Assembly (NCBI RefSeq): GCF_004010195.1
Contig: NC_057753.1
Coordinates: 2,129,243-2,193,242, forward strand
Direction of reading: 5' to 3'
Origin: Chiloscyllium plagiosum
Taxonomy: Eukaryota
DNA: 64,000 nt
Part shown: positions 1 to 12,330 of the stretch, in pieces
How the letters are laid out: the number at the start of each line of letters is the position of its first letter
Numbering within the stretch: the stretch's first letter is position 1
Notes under the pieces: generated by a model
Databases searched by the model: none
What the model saw: the letters and a program-made list of their open reading frames with translations, nothing else
Told to the model about the DNA's origin: nothing
Position numbers and translations under genes: made by a program

Positions 1-329
1 TATAATGCACCTCAAACTCCACCTAGACAAATTCAATAAAATAAATTGGTGTGTTTTCATATTGGTGCAGTCACTCTGATCATGATACTTCAATTAAAAA
101 CAAAACAGATTACGTGCAGCTGAATCAATCGACGACAAATTATTCAATATGTTCAACTTTCAACACGATGTTAATAATATGCTCACTTGGTAAATGGCCC
201 ATACTTAACTATGCTTGCAGACTTTTTTCTCTGACCTTCGAGGTGTTCCATGCAAGCATGCACTATTACATTCTATTTCAGTTTGTTTATTCTTGCCAGA
301 AAATGCCTTCATTTATTGGTCCATGTTTC

Positions 330-1560
330 AAGAATGCATCAGCCATTACGCTTTCTCGTCCTGCTCCACGTATAATTTTCAAAATTAATGGGTGTAAAGC
401 TCCATCTGAACAGTATGGAATTGTTGTCCTTAACTTTCTCCAAAAAAAAACTTTAATGGATTATGATCAGTATATATGATTGTCACAGGTACATTACAGG
501 CAACATAAATGTTGAAATGTTTTAACGCCAACACCAGGCTCAAAGTCTCCTTCTCAATTATTGAATATTTCTATTGATGAATGTTCAGTTTCCTAGAGAA
601 ATGACCGTTAGGTCTTTCTATCTTCTCGTCGTCCTCTTGTAAGAGTAGAATACCAAACCCACATCACTCGCATCTATAAAAATCTTGATTGGTTTTGCAT
701 ATTAGACGTGGCTAATACGAGGGCAGTGGTTAACATAACTTTCTGTCTGTTAAATGCTTTCTTGCAGTCCACCATCCACTGAAATTGCTTGCATTTATTT
801 AGTAATTCAGTGAGTGGAGCAGCCGCCTTAATAATTCGGTACGAATTTCTGATGAAATCCAGTCAATCTCAACAGCTGTGGTACTGCTCCCTCTGTCGAA
901 GATGTGGGGAACTCGCCATAAACGTTTGTTTTCACATTTCATGGGCCATCTGTCCATATCTGATAACATGACCCGGAATGTGACTTTGGCTTTGGCGAAT
1001 TCAGTTTTAGCCAAGTGTATCATCAGATTGCCTCAGGAAGTCGATTAAATAGTTATGATAAATGCAGCAAATATTCCTTCCATGTGTGACTAAAAATCAT
1101 CAGGTCATGGACGCACACCATACAACCGGGTAATCCAGAAATGACTTTATTGGTTAGTCTCTGAAATGTGGTTGGCGCATTTTTCGTACCAAATGGCATG
1201 ACTTTAAACTAATACAGTCCATTAAAGTCCGTTACAAAAGCCGAAACTATCTTTGCGGTTTTGCATGAAGATAGCTACAAATATCCTCTGAGTAAGTCCA
1301 ACATAGAAATATACGTTGCTTGTCCCACCTTCACCCCACGTCTTCGAAACGTGGAATTGGATACGAATCAGACATTAAAACTGCATTATTTTTATGATAA
1401 ATAACATTAACATTGAGTACCGTCTGGTTTCGGCACCATTACTGTGGATAAACTCCAGTCACTGCTACTCACTTTTGTTGTGTGATCTTGCAGAACGCCT
1501 TCAATCTCTTGTCGAACCTGTGCTAACTTCAGAGGTTTAAGTCTATAAAGATTTGCTTAC
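330..1560 (-). mobile_element. Degenerate Ty3/Gypsy (Gmr1-like) pol fragment: RT + RNase H
   Basis: The minus strand reads YRLKPLKLAQVRQEIE..SDWS..VMVPKPDGT, HLAKTEFAKAKVTF, then IDASDVG..LLQEDDEKIERP..FSRKLN..KYSIIEKETL..YTDHNPLKF..MADAF, with frameshifts. It is the same family as 35633-39000. Confidence 0.85.
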
Positions 1561-1561
1561 A

Positions 1562-3808
1562 AATGGAGAATGTGAAGATAAAACCCAATTCCACGGTGCT
1601 GTGCTTGAACAAGGGGGACTACAACAGAATGAGGGAGCCCTTGGCTAGAGTAGACTGGAAACAAAGATTTTATGGTGAGACTATTGACGAGCCGTGGAGG
1701 ACTTACAAATATGTTTTTCAAATGGCTCAGCAAACGTATATTCCAGTGAAAAGGAAGGACTGCAAGAAAAGAGGTAATCTGTCATCAGTACCGAAAGAAA
1801 TAAGGGAGGCTAACAAATTGAAAGAGAAGGCATACAAAATTGCCAAAAACAACTTAAAACTAGAAGATTGGGAAAACTTTAAAGGTTAACAGAAAGCCAC
1901 AACAAGAGCTATAAAGAAAAGTAAGATAGAGCATAAAACAAAACTAACACAGAATAAAGAGGCACATAGCAAACGTTTCTATATGTACATAAAACGAAAA
2001 AGATTGACTAAAGTAAACGTTGGTCCTTTATAGGATGTGAAGAAGAATTTAGTTATTGGATATGATTAAATCACCGAGGCATTGAACAGGATTTTTTTTA
2101 TATATAGAGGACTTCACAGTGAATGACACTAATAACATGCCAGCAATTGACAAAGAGACGAAGGTAGATGAGGACCTGGAAACAATCATTTTAACAGAAT
2201 AGGTAGTTAGGCAGCTAATGGAGCTAAGGATTGATAAGTCTCCTGGTACTGATGGAATGAGTGCATCACAGGGTACTGAAAGAGATGGGGAAAGAAATTG
2301 TAGGTACACTGGCAGTAATTTCCCAAAATTTGCTGGATTCTTAGGCAGTCCCAGCAAATTGGAAAACAGCAAATGTCACGCTACTGTTTAAAAAGAGAGG
2401 TAGACAAAAGATGGGGAATTATAGATCAGTTAGCTTAACCTCTGTAGTGGGGGAGATGCTTGATTTAATTATCAAAGAAGAAATAACAAGACATCTCGAT
2501 AGAAATTGCTCGGTTGAGCAGACACAGTATGGTTTTATGAAGGGTAGATCATGCTTGACAAATCGTTTGGAACTCTATGAAGACATTACAAGCAAGGTGG
2601 TCCGTGGGGAATCAGTAGATGTGGTGCACCTAAATTTCCAAAAGGCCTTCTACAAGCTGCCACACAAGAGGCTACTGCATAAGATAAGTATGCATGGCGT
2701 TAAGTGTAACGTTTTAACATGGATTGAAGATTGGTTGACTAACGGGAATCAAAGAGTGGGGAATAAATGATTGCTATTCTGGTTGGCAATCAGTGACTAG
2801 TGGTGTGTCTCAGGGATCAGTGTTGGGACCGCAATTGTTTATAATTTATATAGATAATTTGGAATTGAAGTGTCAAAGATTGCCGATGACGCTAAGATGA
2901 GTGGCAGAGAAATGTGTCCAGAGGACTGTGAAACTTTCCAGAGGAATATAGATACAGTGAGCCCGTGGGCAAAGGTCTAGCAGATGGATTACAATGTAAA
3001 TGAATGAGAAGTTAAAACTTTTGGTAGGTGTAATGATGAAAATGACTATTACTTGAATGGTAAAAAAAAATTGCAGCATGCTGCTATGCAGAGAGACTTG
3101 CGTGTCATTGTGCATGAATTACAAGGTCTGCAGCTACAACAACTAATTAAGAAAGCAAATGGTATTTTGTCCTTCATTGCTAAAAGGGTTGAGGTTAAAA
3201 GTAGAGACATTATGTTGCAGCTGTATAAGGTACTGGTGAGGCCACACCGCTGGTACTGTGTGCAGTTTTGATCTCCCAACTTGAGAAAGGATGTACTGGC
3301 ACTGGAGGGGGTGCAGAGGAGGTTCACTAAGTGAATTCTGGAGTTAAAGGGGTTGATTTATGTGAAGTGACTGAGTAGATGGAATTATATGCATTTGAAC
3401 TCAGAAGATTGAGAGGAGGTCTTATAGAAACACATAGAATTTTGAAGATCGTAAATAAAATAGAAGCAGAGAGGATGTTTACACTGGCAGGTAAAGCTGG
3501 GACAAGAGGCCATAGCCTCAAGATTAGAGGGAGCAGATTTAGAATGAATTGAGAAGGAACTTCGTCACCCAGAGGGTTGCTGATCTGTGGGATGCTTTGT
3601 CCAATGAAGTAGTTGAAGTTCGTTCAGTAAACGTTTTTAAAGCTCGATACTTTTTGAACAATAAAGGAATCAACGAATACGGTGAGAGCGTGGGTAAGTG
3701 GATCTGAGACCACAAAAAGATCAACCGTGATCTTGTTGAATGGTGTTGCTGGCTCGAAGGGCCTGATGGCTTACTGCTGCTCCTAGTTCTTGTGTTCCTA
3801 TGTTCTTA
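1562..3808 (+). mobile_element. 5'-truncated CR1 LINE (ORF2 linker, RT, 3' tail)
   Basis: NYRSVSLTSVVGEML..QYGFMKGRSCLTN..DVVHLNFQKAF, GVSQGSVLGP-like DNA and IMLQLYKVLVRPH..YCVQF are present. It ends in a short repeated tail (gttcttgtgttcctatgttctt). Confidence 0.9.
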
Positions 3809-3872
3809 AGCTTTCGGGTCAGGTAACACTCCTGAGGCTTCATGGCATTTTTTTTCGAAAGGGAATATGAGG

Positions 3873-4531
3873 CCCTCTTGAACTGTCCTACCAATCCATC
3901 TTCCTTTCCATCTTTCCACTCCACACTCGTCTCCAGCCTATCACCTTCACCCCCACCTTCCCTTTTGCACCTGTATAATGTTATGCAGAATTAACGATTA
4001 AATATTACTCTCCAAAAGATAACTGAATGCTTTTATTATATTGAATTACTGTCACAAGTTGCCATAGGTTACGCTAGCACTGACAGAACATAAGCATAAA
4101 GCTAATGTGAAATCAACACTTGTATCCTTTCAGATAAACCGGCCAAAACTGATCTAATTCATTCTCAGCCGATCTATGTCCAACGAGCAAGAAAATGATG
4201 CATGGAAAGATAATTTTAAGAAATATAACTACATCAATAATAAGCTGCATGACATGTTATTCTCCTCGAAGCACTCAGCTTCATCAAAAGTCCAAACGCT
4301 AACCCCCTGACGCCTGGAGGAAGAACGTCTCATCTTCTGCATTGTAACCCTCCAACCACACGGAATCAATGTGGATTTCACTAGTTTCCTCATTTACTCT
4401 CCCCCACCTTATTACAGATCCAGTCTTCCAACATGGCACCACCCTCTTGAACTGTCCTACCAATCCATCTTCCTTTCCATCTTTCCACTCCACACTCGTC
4501 TCCAGCCTATCACCTTCACCTCCACCTTCCC
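3873..4531 (+). repeat. 90-bp direct repeat (3873-3962 and 4442-4531), 1 mismatch
   Basis: ccctcttgaactgtcctacc...ccaccttccc is present twice. Confidence 0.9.
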
Positions 4532-4700
4532 ATCATTTTCCCAGCTACCTTCCCTCCAGCTCCATTCCCTCCTATTTATCTATCAGTACCCTTCGATCAC
4601 AAGCCTCTTTCCTGATGAAGGATTTATGCTCGAAACTTTGATTCTCTTGCACCTCAGATGCTGCATGAGTGGCTGTGCTTTTCCAGCACCAGACCTCTCG
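4290..4700 (+). mobile_element. Penelope-like element 3' end (GIY-YIG C-terminus, pyrimidine-rich tail, pLTR)
   Basis: It encodes RLEEERLIFCIVTLQPHGINVDFTSF. The pLTR motif cctgatgaagg...cgaaac...gatgctgc...gctgtgcttttccagcacc lies at 4611-4690. Confidence 0.75.
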
Positions 4701-5719
4701 ACTCTGTTCGCCCAAATCTGAAAAGCAGAAGTTAAATTTCAATACTGAACAAAATAAAACTTTAATGCTAACTGCAATGGCACCAAAGCCAATTTGCAAC
4801 TGAACGTGGAACTAATTAAGAATAGAAAGCTTTGCATTTTATAAAATTGATGTCCTAATGTATTTTACTGCCGATTAAACTATTCTGAGATATGGCTTGT
4901 TGACCAATGTAAGAAACAGCATAAAGAAAAAAAAAGGAAATTGGGATGAGGATGCATTTTTCAGAGGCTGTTGTCATATCATAATAGGATTAGAGAAATT
5001 TGCAACATGGAATGATACCTTCTTCAGTTCTTTGAAAGATTCATGGCATTTAATCACAATCATGACCTGTTCACAATTTTTCTCTCAAAGACAGTGGAAT
5101 AAGTTGAAGTAGCTGGAAACTTTCTCTAATGTCAACTGAGGTGTTAAAAGCAACTGCTAAAATAGAGATCTAGGTTTTCTCTCAAAATTGGTTTCAAATT
5201 TCTTCATATTTCTTGATAAAATTTGATTCTGCTTTGCAGTACATTAACAATTCAGAAATGTCGAATTTCTCTGTGAAATCTGTGTTATTTTGCAACATTT
5301 AAAGTGACTTTTTTCAGTTAACAGTCAATTTACGACTTCTGCGATTGAAGGACCATCAATCACTTGTTGAACACATGACATCCAAATGGTTCTACAAATG
5401 TTCGATTGAAAATTAACCTGTTTCTGTCCAAAAAAGGCTACTGGATCTGTCTCCGTACGCTAGGTGTCTAAGACTATTGTCTAAAAGCATTTGCCGTGTC
5501 TGCTAAACTAATCTATGTTGTTGTGAGATATTTTGTTCTCCTCCAATTTCGTGAACAGGATTACATTTAATTTTGGAAATTGGTGAGGGTACTGGTGCCT
5601 CAGAGGAATGCAGACACAGCCAATGTTCTGGTACCACAAACGGCTTGGCTGGAGAAGCTGGGAGAAAGAAATGAAGAGCAACAGTGATAAGGGATTCTTT
5701 GGTAAATAACGCTCGCCTC

Positions 5720-6645
5720 CATCAACCTTCACTCTCTTGATCTGGACTGCCCCACTCCAGGGAAAAGGCCTTGCCTGCTTACCGTATCCACAACCTTCAT
5801 GATTTTTAAAAGCCCTGTAACGTTAAACCTCATCCTCTGATCCTCCAGATCGATTAGCCCCAACCTATTCAGCAAACCCTCCAAACCTGGCAACATTCTT
5901 GAAAATCTTTTCGGAATCCTTTCAAGTTTCACAACATACTTCTGACAGGAGAGATACCAGAATTGCATACAATATTCCAAACATGGCCTAACCAATGCCC
6001 TGTAGCGCTGCAAAATGAACTCCCAACTCCTCGCCAAGGAAGAAAAGCATACTAAACGCCTTCTTCACTATCGTTTCTACCTGAGTTTACACTTTTAAGG
6101 AACTACGAACCTGCACTCCAACATATCCTTTTTCAGCAACGCTCCCCAGGATGTTGCCATTAGGTGTACAAGTCCTGCCCTCATTTGCCTTTCCAAAACG
6201 CAGCATCTCGCATTTATCTAAATTAAACTCCATGTGCCACTCGTCAGCCTATTGGCTTCTTCACTGTCCATTACATATCATTTTATTTGTCATCTGGAAA
6301 CTTATTAACTATAACTCCTGTGTTCACATCCAAATCATTTATATAACTGAGTGGACCCAACAATGATCCTTGTGGCAAACCATTGGTCACAGGCCTCCAG
6401 TCTCCAGCACCACCCCATCACCACCCTCTCTTTCCTGCCTTCAAGTCAGCTTTGCATCCAAATGGCTAGTTCTCTCCTTATTCCATGTGATCTAACATTG
6501 ATAACCAGTATACCATATCTTGTCTTGTCGAACGCCACACTCAAGCTCACATCAATCAAGTTAGTGAGACTACCCCCTCACAAAGTAATGTTCACAGTCC
6601 CTAATCAATCCTTGCCTATCCAAATACATGTAAGTCCTGTCTCTA
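5720..6645 (-). mobile_element. CR1 LINE ORF2 3' fragment, internally deleted
   Basis: ILQRYRALVRPCLEYCMQFW...VVKLERIPKRFSRMLPGLEG (ORF 5729..6037). Confidence 0.85.
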
Positions 6646-6664
6646 CACTGAGAACATTATGAAC

Positions 6665-8105
6665 GTCATCGTCTATTAGCCAAGAGGGGCAAGGGAGGAG
6701 CGAAGGAACGCTGGAAAGGTGAGTCTAACTGTTTAAATGATTTACTTCCGGTGCCGGGGCCTCCATTTGCTGAGAGGTGAGAGGGAGGAGTGAATGACTG
6801 CTGGGAAGTTTTTAAGTGTGTGAGATCTAAACCCGAGACCCAACACCATAGAGTCTCCCTCCCACCCATCTCCTCTAACCTTACTAAGATTTTGTAAACT
6901 CGGTAAGTTTTCAGGTTTCTCTTTTTTCTTCTTCTCTTCCTTTGTTTAGTTCTGTGCGGGCTTTCAGAGTAGCGGGATATAGATGTCAGGGCAATTGCAT
7001 GTTCCTCCTGCAGAATGTGGCAGGTGAGAGACACTTCACATGTCTCTGCAGGAAGTGCACCCACCTCCAGCTCCTAGAAATCCGAGTTACAGATCTGGAG
7101 CTGGAGCTGGAAAGTGACTACAGAGAGTTAGGTTGGAAGCTGAAGAGTAGGACGAGTAGAGTAGTGATCTCAGGTTTGCTATCGGTGCCACGAGATAGTG
7201 AGATGAGGAACAGTCAACGATTGCAACTTAACACGTGGCTGCGAGGCTGGTGCAGGAGGGACGGCTTTAGATACCTAGACCATTGGGATACATTCTGGGG
7301 AAAGTGGGGTCTGTACATGAAGGACTTTTGCACCTGAACTGGAGGGGCACAAATGTCCTGAATGGGACATTTGCTCGTGTGATTCGGGACGGTTTAAACT
7401 AGTTTCGCTGGGGTGGGAATCGGAGCCACATGTCTGAGAGGGGGTCAGTTGCAGACGGGGCAGTGAAAGTATATACTGAATCTATCAGGAAGGTTTCTCA
7501 TGCGATGAAACAAAGGGATCGGTTGAGGTGTGTCTTCTTTAATGCAAGGGGTGTCCAAAATAAGATTGATGAACTTAGAGCATGGATCACTACTTGGGGC
7601 TATGATGTTGTGGCCATATCGGAGACGTGGTTTTCCCAGGGGCAGGAATGGTTGCTTGATGTTCCAGGTTTTCGAACGTTTAAAAATAACAGGGAGGGTG
7701 GAAAAAGAGGAGGGGGTGTAACATTGCTAATCAGAGAGTGCATCACAGCTACAGAAATGAAGGTTGCTGAGGACGGTGTGCCTACTGAGTCAGTATAGGT
7801 GGAAGTTCAAAACAGCAAGGGAACAGGCACCTCATTAGAGGTTTTCTACAGACCACCTGAAAGCAGTAGGGAGATTGAAGATCTCATAGGCGGGCAGATT
7901 CTGGACAAATGCAAAAGTAGCAGGGTTGTTGTTATGGGTGATTTCAACTTTCCCAATGTCGACTGGAACCTCCTACGTGAAGATGGTTTGGATGGAGCTG
8001 TATTTGTCAGGTGTATTCAGGAGGGTTTCCTTACTCAGAATGTTGACAGACCGACAAGGGAAGAGACCGTTTTGGATTTGGTGCTCGGTAACGAGCCAGG
8101 ACATG
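6665..8105 (+). mobile_element. CR1 LINE 5' portion (5' UTR, deleted ORF1 with Zn-finger/esterase pieces, APE endonuclease)
   Basis: ORF1: CRKCTHLQLLEIRV..RVVISGLLSVP..QLNTWLRGWCRRDGFRYLDHWDTFWG. APE: FFNARGVQNKIDEL..DVVAISETW..GGGV..YRPP..VVMGDFNFP..LDLVL. Confidence 0.88.
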
Positions 8106-8609
8106 TTGTTTTGAAAGAACAGTTGTTATTAATCAGGACGGATGTGTGATCATGTTACACCATAACAATATAAATCTATTCCAACTCCACACACATTCAG
8201 CAAGATATCAAGAATGCTTTAGAAAGCTTTTCTCTCCCTTGTACATTCGCACTAATTTTATAATTTTTTCATTGTCGGTCCTTACATCCCACTTATAAAT
8301 CTTTCACTTCTACATTTTTAGCTCTTTGGCTTTGATACGAATGTGAACTCTTTAATTCAAAAATTCTGGCAAAGAATCTGTACATCTTCTAATTTCAGTC
8401 AATAAGCAATTCCGGTTTGTTCTGATAATGAAAACAAAAGAAAGTTTTGTGAATATCTAATGTCATAATTCATTTCTTTTGAACTGTGAAAATTACCGTG
8501 CTAATTGCAAAATCAATGGAATAAACTTATGTTCGACAAGCATTTGAACAGTCATTAGATATCATTCAAATGTTTGCTAATGTTTACCAGAAGGCCAATG
8601 TTAAATGTT

Positions 8610-9050
8610 CATAGAATCCCAACAGAATGAAAACAGGCCGTTCCACTCATTGTGCCCACACGGACCATCCAAAGAGCATCGCATCCAGACCCACCACCTA
8701 TCCAGTAAACCTACTTATAACGCGGAGAAATTGAGGTCTGCAGATGCTGGAGATCAGAGCTGAAAATGTGTTGCTGGAAAAGCGCAGAGGGTCAGGCAGC
8801 ATCCAGGGAAGAGGAGAATCGACGTTTCGGGCATAAGCCCTTCTTCAGGAATCGTGGCACATCTATGGGCAATTTACAGTGACTTATCCATTTGCCCTGA
8901 ACAGTTCTGGATTGTAAGAGGATACTGGAGCTCCCGAAAGAAACCCACGCAGATGTAGGGAGAATGTACAAATTCCACACAGAGTGACGGAGGATGGAAT
9001 CTAATGCAGGTCCCTAGAGCTATGAGGCACTAAGCCACTGTGCCGGCCAG
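8610..9050 (-). mobile_element. Old HE1-like (V-SINE) copy interrupted by a PLE fragment
   Basis: gaaacccacgcagatgtagggagaatgtacaaattccacaca matches the young copy at 32946-33257. Confidence 0.75.
8722..8853 (-). mobile_element. Penelope-like pLTR fragment with minimal hammerhead motif (8816-8853)
   Basis: The reverse complement reads gattc CTGAAGA a gggc ttat gccc GAAA c GTC gattc, followed by gatgctgcctgacc..ccagcatctgcagacc. Confidence 0.75.
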
Positions 9051-9159
9051 GTGTGAAAAATCTGAAACAGTTGACGACTCAGACACATTTACTATTATCC
9101 TCTAAGTCATTAAAGACTTAACAATGGTCTAGGTTTTTCAATACATTGCATCATTTGTA

Positions 9160-9345
9160 TGACCTGTTGATCTGTTACTATACATTCTGTGCCCTATGAT
9201 CCTGCCTCACCAGTTACCTGATGAAGGAGCAGCGCAACACAAGCTTGTACTTCCACTTCAACCTGTTGGACTATAACCTGGTGTTGTGTGATTTTTTAAC
9301 TTTGTCCACACCAGTCGAACACCAGTACGTCCATGTCATGACTGT
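9160..9345 (+). mobile_element. Penelope-like (Neptune-type) pLTR relic
   Basis: cctgatgaaggagcagcg...cctgttggactataacctggtgttgtgtgattttttaactttgt. Homologous remnants occur at about 25165-25265 and 39105-39180. Confidence 0.7.
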
Positions 9346-10395
9346 TATCTTCGTCAGGTATTCAATAGACATATGCCTTCCCCTGTTTAAATAATTTTAA
9401 AAAACCGGAGAAGACGTTAGTGTTGGTACATCCCGTTGGTTTCAAGCCCTGTGAAAGATTCTGCATTATTGTGAGGAGTCACTTGTGGTGCCAGTTAGTT
9501 CAGAGCGGCTGGATATTACCGATATATCTGTTTGTGTTCTTGTTGGCAATAACTCTGTTGTATAATTTGCAACAAAACATTATAATTGCATTTCTGTACC
9601 TAATAGACCACAGGCCCTTAGAAATATTGGGAAGAACTTTGTTGTCTCGTGTAAGAGGTCGACTCTCGTAAGTGTGGTTGATGATATTTGTGTTTTAGAT
9701 ATATACGATCTTCAGGAATCATCCCCATAAATCTGTCTACAAGTTAAATCTGAGTTCCTCTATGAATTGCCTTTATCTTTTGCCTTGTGAGTGTTTATTC
9801 CGGCAATGCAGGTGACCTCTAATTCCTGAACCAACCAAGGAGTGACACATTAGCCATATTTTCACGACAGCGTGAGAGAAAATGCATTCTTGTTACTTGA
9901 AGGAGGAGGAATGTGTGCATTATTGTAGAGAAAAAGACAGATATTGCCTGAGGGTCTATCAATCATGGTAGTCTGGGAATTCTCAGCTAAGGGAAGGTAG
10001 AGCACCATTCGAAACTTTTGCAGAAAAGACTGTATCATAATCAAACTAGTTCATTGTAGGGAAAGAAAGTGGAAAAGTGAAGTACTAATTTCTCTTCAAT
10101 TTTGCTGTCGGATCTCTGCGAACTTGCAGTGGAGGTTGATTAATAAAGTAGTCACAGAAATGGGAATGCAAATTTTAGGAAGGAAAGTGAACTTTGCAGC
10201 ATCAAATTATGGAAGTGCCAGGGATAACATTGAAGTCAAATGTACATTTTATTTTGCTGAATTCTGCATGAATGCAGCAGCCATCAATTTTTATATTGAA
10301 AAATGTCCTGGAAAAGAGTGGGTAGGTGTGGCCTGAAGGCAATTGAGAAGGGAGATTCCCAAATATCCCATTTAAAAAAAAATATTCTAATAAAA

Positions 10396-10490
10396 TATAA
10401 ACACCAACTCAGCAGCAGCTGCAAAAATGCAGTGCAGCAATTACGCTAATTGATATGTAATCTCAAATTAACTAATCATCTCCCACGAGC
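10396..10490 (+). promoter_or_regulatory. Candidate proximal promoter of GPCR copy A: TAAACA, E-box CAGCTG, CTAATTG, composite CTAATCATCTCCCACGAG
   Basis: The motifs are conserved with 40225-40320 at identical distance from the ATG. Function is inferred. Confidence 0.5.
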
Positions 10491-10559
10491 CTTGACATGA
10501 ATCATATTAGTGATCATTTCTCAGTGATTTGCAGAATGGGGCCAGAGTTTACATGAAAT

Positions 10560-10629
10560 ATGCACGGAGTACCACAAGGCCTGGTGTTCGCCATTTATTA
10601 TCCTGTCATCGGAGCTATTGGGGTTCCAG
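10560..10629 (+). CDS. GPR139/GPR142-like class A GPCR copy A, coding exon 1 (MHGVPQGLVFAIYYPVIGAIGVP, phase 1)
   Basis: ATG is at 10560 and the donor CAG|GTAAAG at 10629/10630. It splices in frame to 12812 to give GVPANL (TM1). The exon is conserved at 25894 and 40391. Confidence 0.88.
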
Positions 10630-10989
10630 GTAAAGTGCAGCAGTTAGTTTTAGTCTTCGAGGATATTTCATAAGCTGCAGTAACTGTATTGTTTTACCTG
10701 ATACCATTTCCCTACGTAGCTTGTACAATTTAACGCTTTATTTGTTCATTTTCTTTCGTTGTATGATAGGTTCCCATTGGCTGTCAGTATACGTTCACTT
10801 TTAGGTTTGCATTTTCAAATTTATTTTTGAGTACATCGTCAAATTGTATTTACATCATTTGCATATTTTTTCGATGTTCCTTATTGAATTAATCCCGCTC
10901 AGCTCTCATCTGCATAAGCATCGATAACTCATCATCATTTTAACTTTTTGCAAAGCTCAATGGCAGTTGCCATTTCATATTTTTCGATA

Positions 10990-12330
10990 TATAACATAGA
11001 ACACAGACTATGGAACAGTACAGCACAGTACAATCACTTTGGCCCTTGATGTTATGCCGTGGTTTTATCATACCCCAAGTCAAGCAAGCTACATACCCTT
11101 TATTTTGCTATCCTCCATGTGCCTATCCAAGATACGCTTAAATGTTCCTAATGTATCCGAATTTACAAACATTGCGGGCAGTGCGTTCCACGTACCTACC
11201 ACTCTCTTTATACAAAACTGACCTCTGACATCGCCCCTAAACCTTCCTTCAATCATTTTAAAAGGATTCCCCCTTACGATAGCCATTTCTACCATGGGAA
11301 AAAAATTATCTGATTATTCACTCCATCTACGCCTTTCATCATCTTGTTCACCTCGACCAAATTATCTGTCATTCTTCGTTGCTCAATTGAGAAAAACCTT
11401 CGATCCCTCAAACTTTCTTTAAATGACAACCACTCCAAACCAGGAAGCATCCAGTAAATCTCAACAATAAAGCTTCCACATCTTTCCTGTATCGAGCCGA
11501 CCAGAACTGAATACAATGTTCCAAGTGTGGTCTAATCGGGACTATCTGGAGCTGAAGTTTGGCCTAGCGGCTCTTAAACTCAACCCCCTGCGAATAAAAG
11601 CCAACACACTGTGTGCCTTTTTGACAACACTATGAACTTTATGGGCGGCACAGTGCCAGAGACTTGGGTTCAATTACCGCCTCAGGCGACTGACTGTGTG
11701 GAGTTTGCACATTCTCCCCGTGTCTGCGTGTGTTTCCTCCCACAGTCCAAAAACGTGCAGGTTAGGTGAATTGACCATGCTAAATTGTCCGTAGTGTTAG
11801 GTGAAGGGGTAAATGTAGGAGAATGGGTCTGCGTGGGTTGCGCTTTGGCAGGTCGGTATGGACTTGTTGGACTGAAGGGCCTGTTTCCAAACTGTAAATA
11901 ATCTAATCTAACTTGGGTAGCAACTTTGAAGGATCTATGGACATGGACACTGTTCCTCCACACTGCCAATCCGACTTGCCAAAATGAATCACTGTACAGC
12001 TTGAACGCCATCCACCACTTCCTAGTTCAATTCTGCGTCCTGCCAAAACAGTCCTCCACATTATTCATTACTCCACCAACCTTTGTGTTAATGGCACATC
12101 ACTAACCCATCCTTGCACTTTCTCAACCAAGTCATTCATAACAATGATAAAGAGCAGAGTTTCCAGAACAGATCCCTGTGGAACACTGTTGGTCAATGAG
12201 CTCGAGGCTACTTTCCTATTAAAGCAGCCAATGCTGTATGCAGGCAGATAAATTTCCCTGTTTCCCATGTTTCCTTACTTCCTGAATTAGCCTACCATGG
12301 AGAACCTTCTAAAAGGCCACTGTGCTACCC
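10990..12330 (-). mobile_element. CR1 LINE 3' part in intron of copy A
   Basis: The minus strand reads SVPQGSVLETLLFII..NDL and RVVGTWNALP..FKRILDRHM. It is the same insertion as 41111-42030 (same downstream junction gttcccagaaatt). Confidence 0.85.
11643..11909 (+). mobile_element. HE1-type SINE nested in the intronic CR1
   Basis: gggcggcaca..gggttcaatt..tcaggcgactgactgtgtggagtttgcacattctcccc...gggcctgtttcc..taatctaatct. It is flanked by aactt and absent from the paralogous CR1 in unit 3. Confidence 0.9.

Noticed and set aside
51..479. 142-aa plus-strand ORF
   Set aside because: It has no recognisable motifs, and its 3' part is antisense to the Gypsy RNase H relic.
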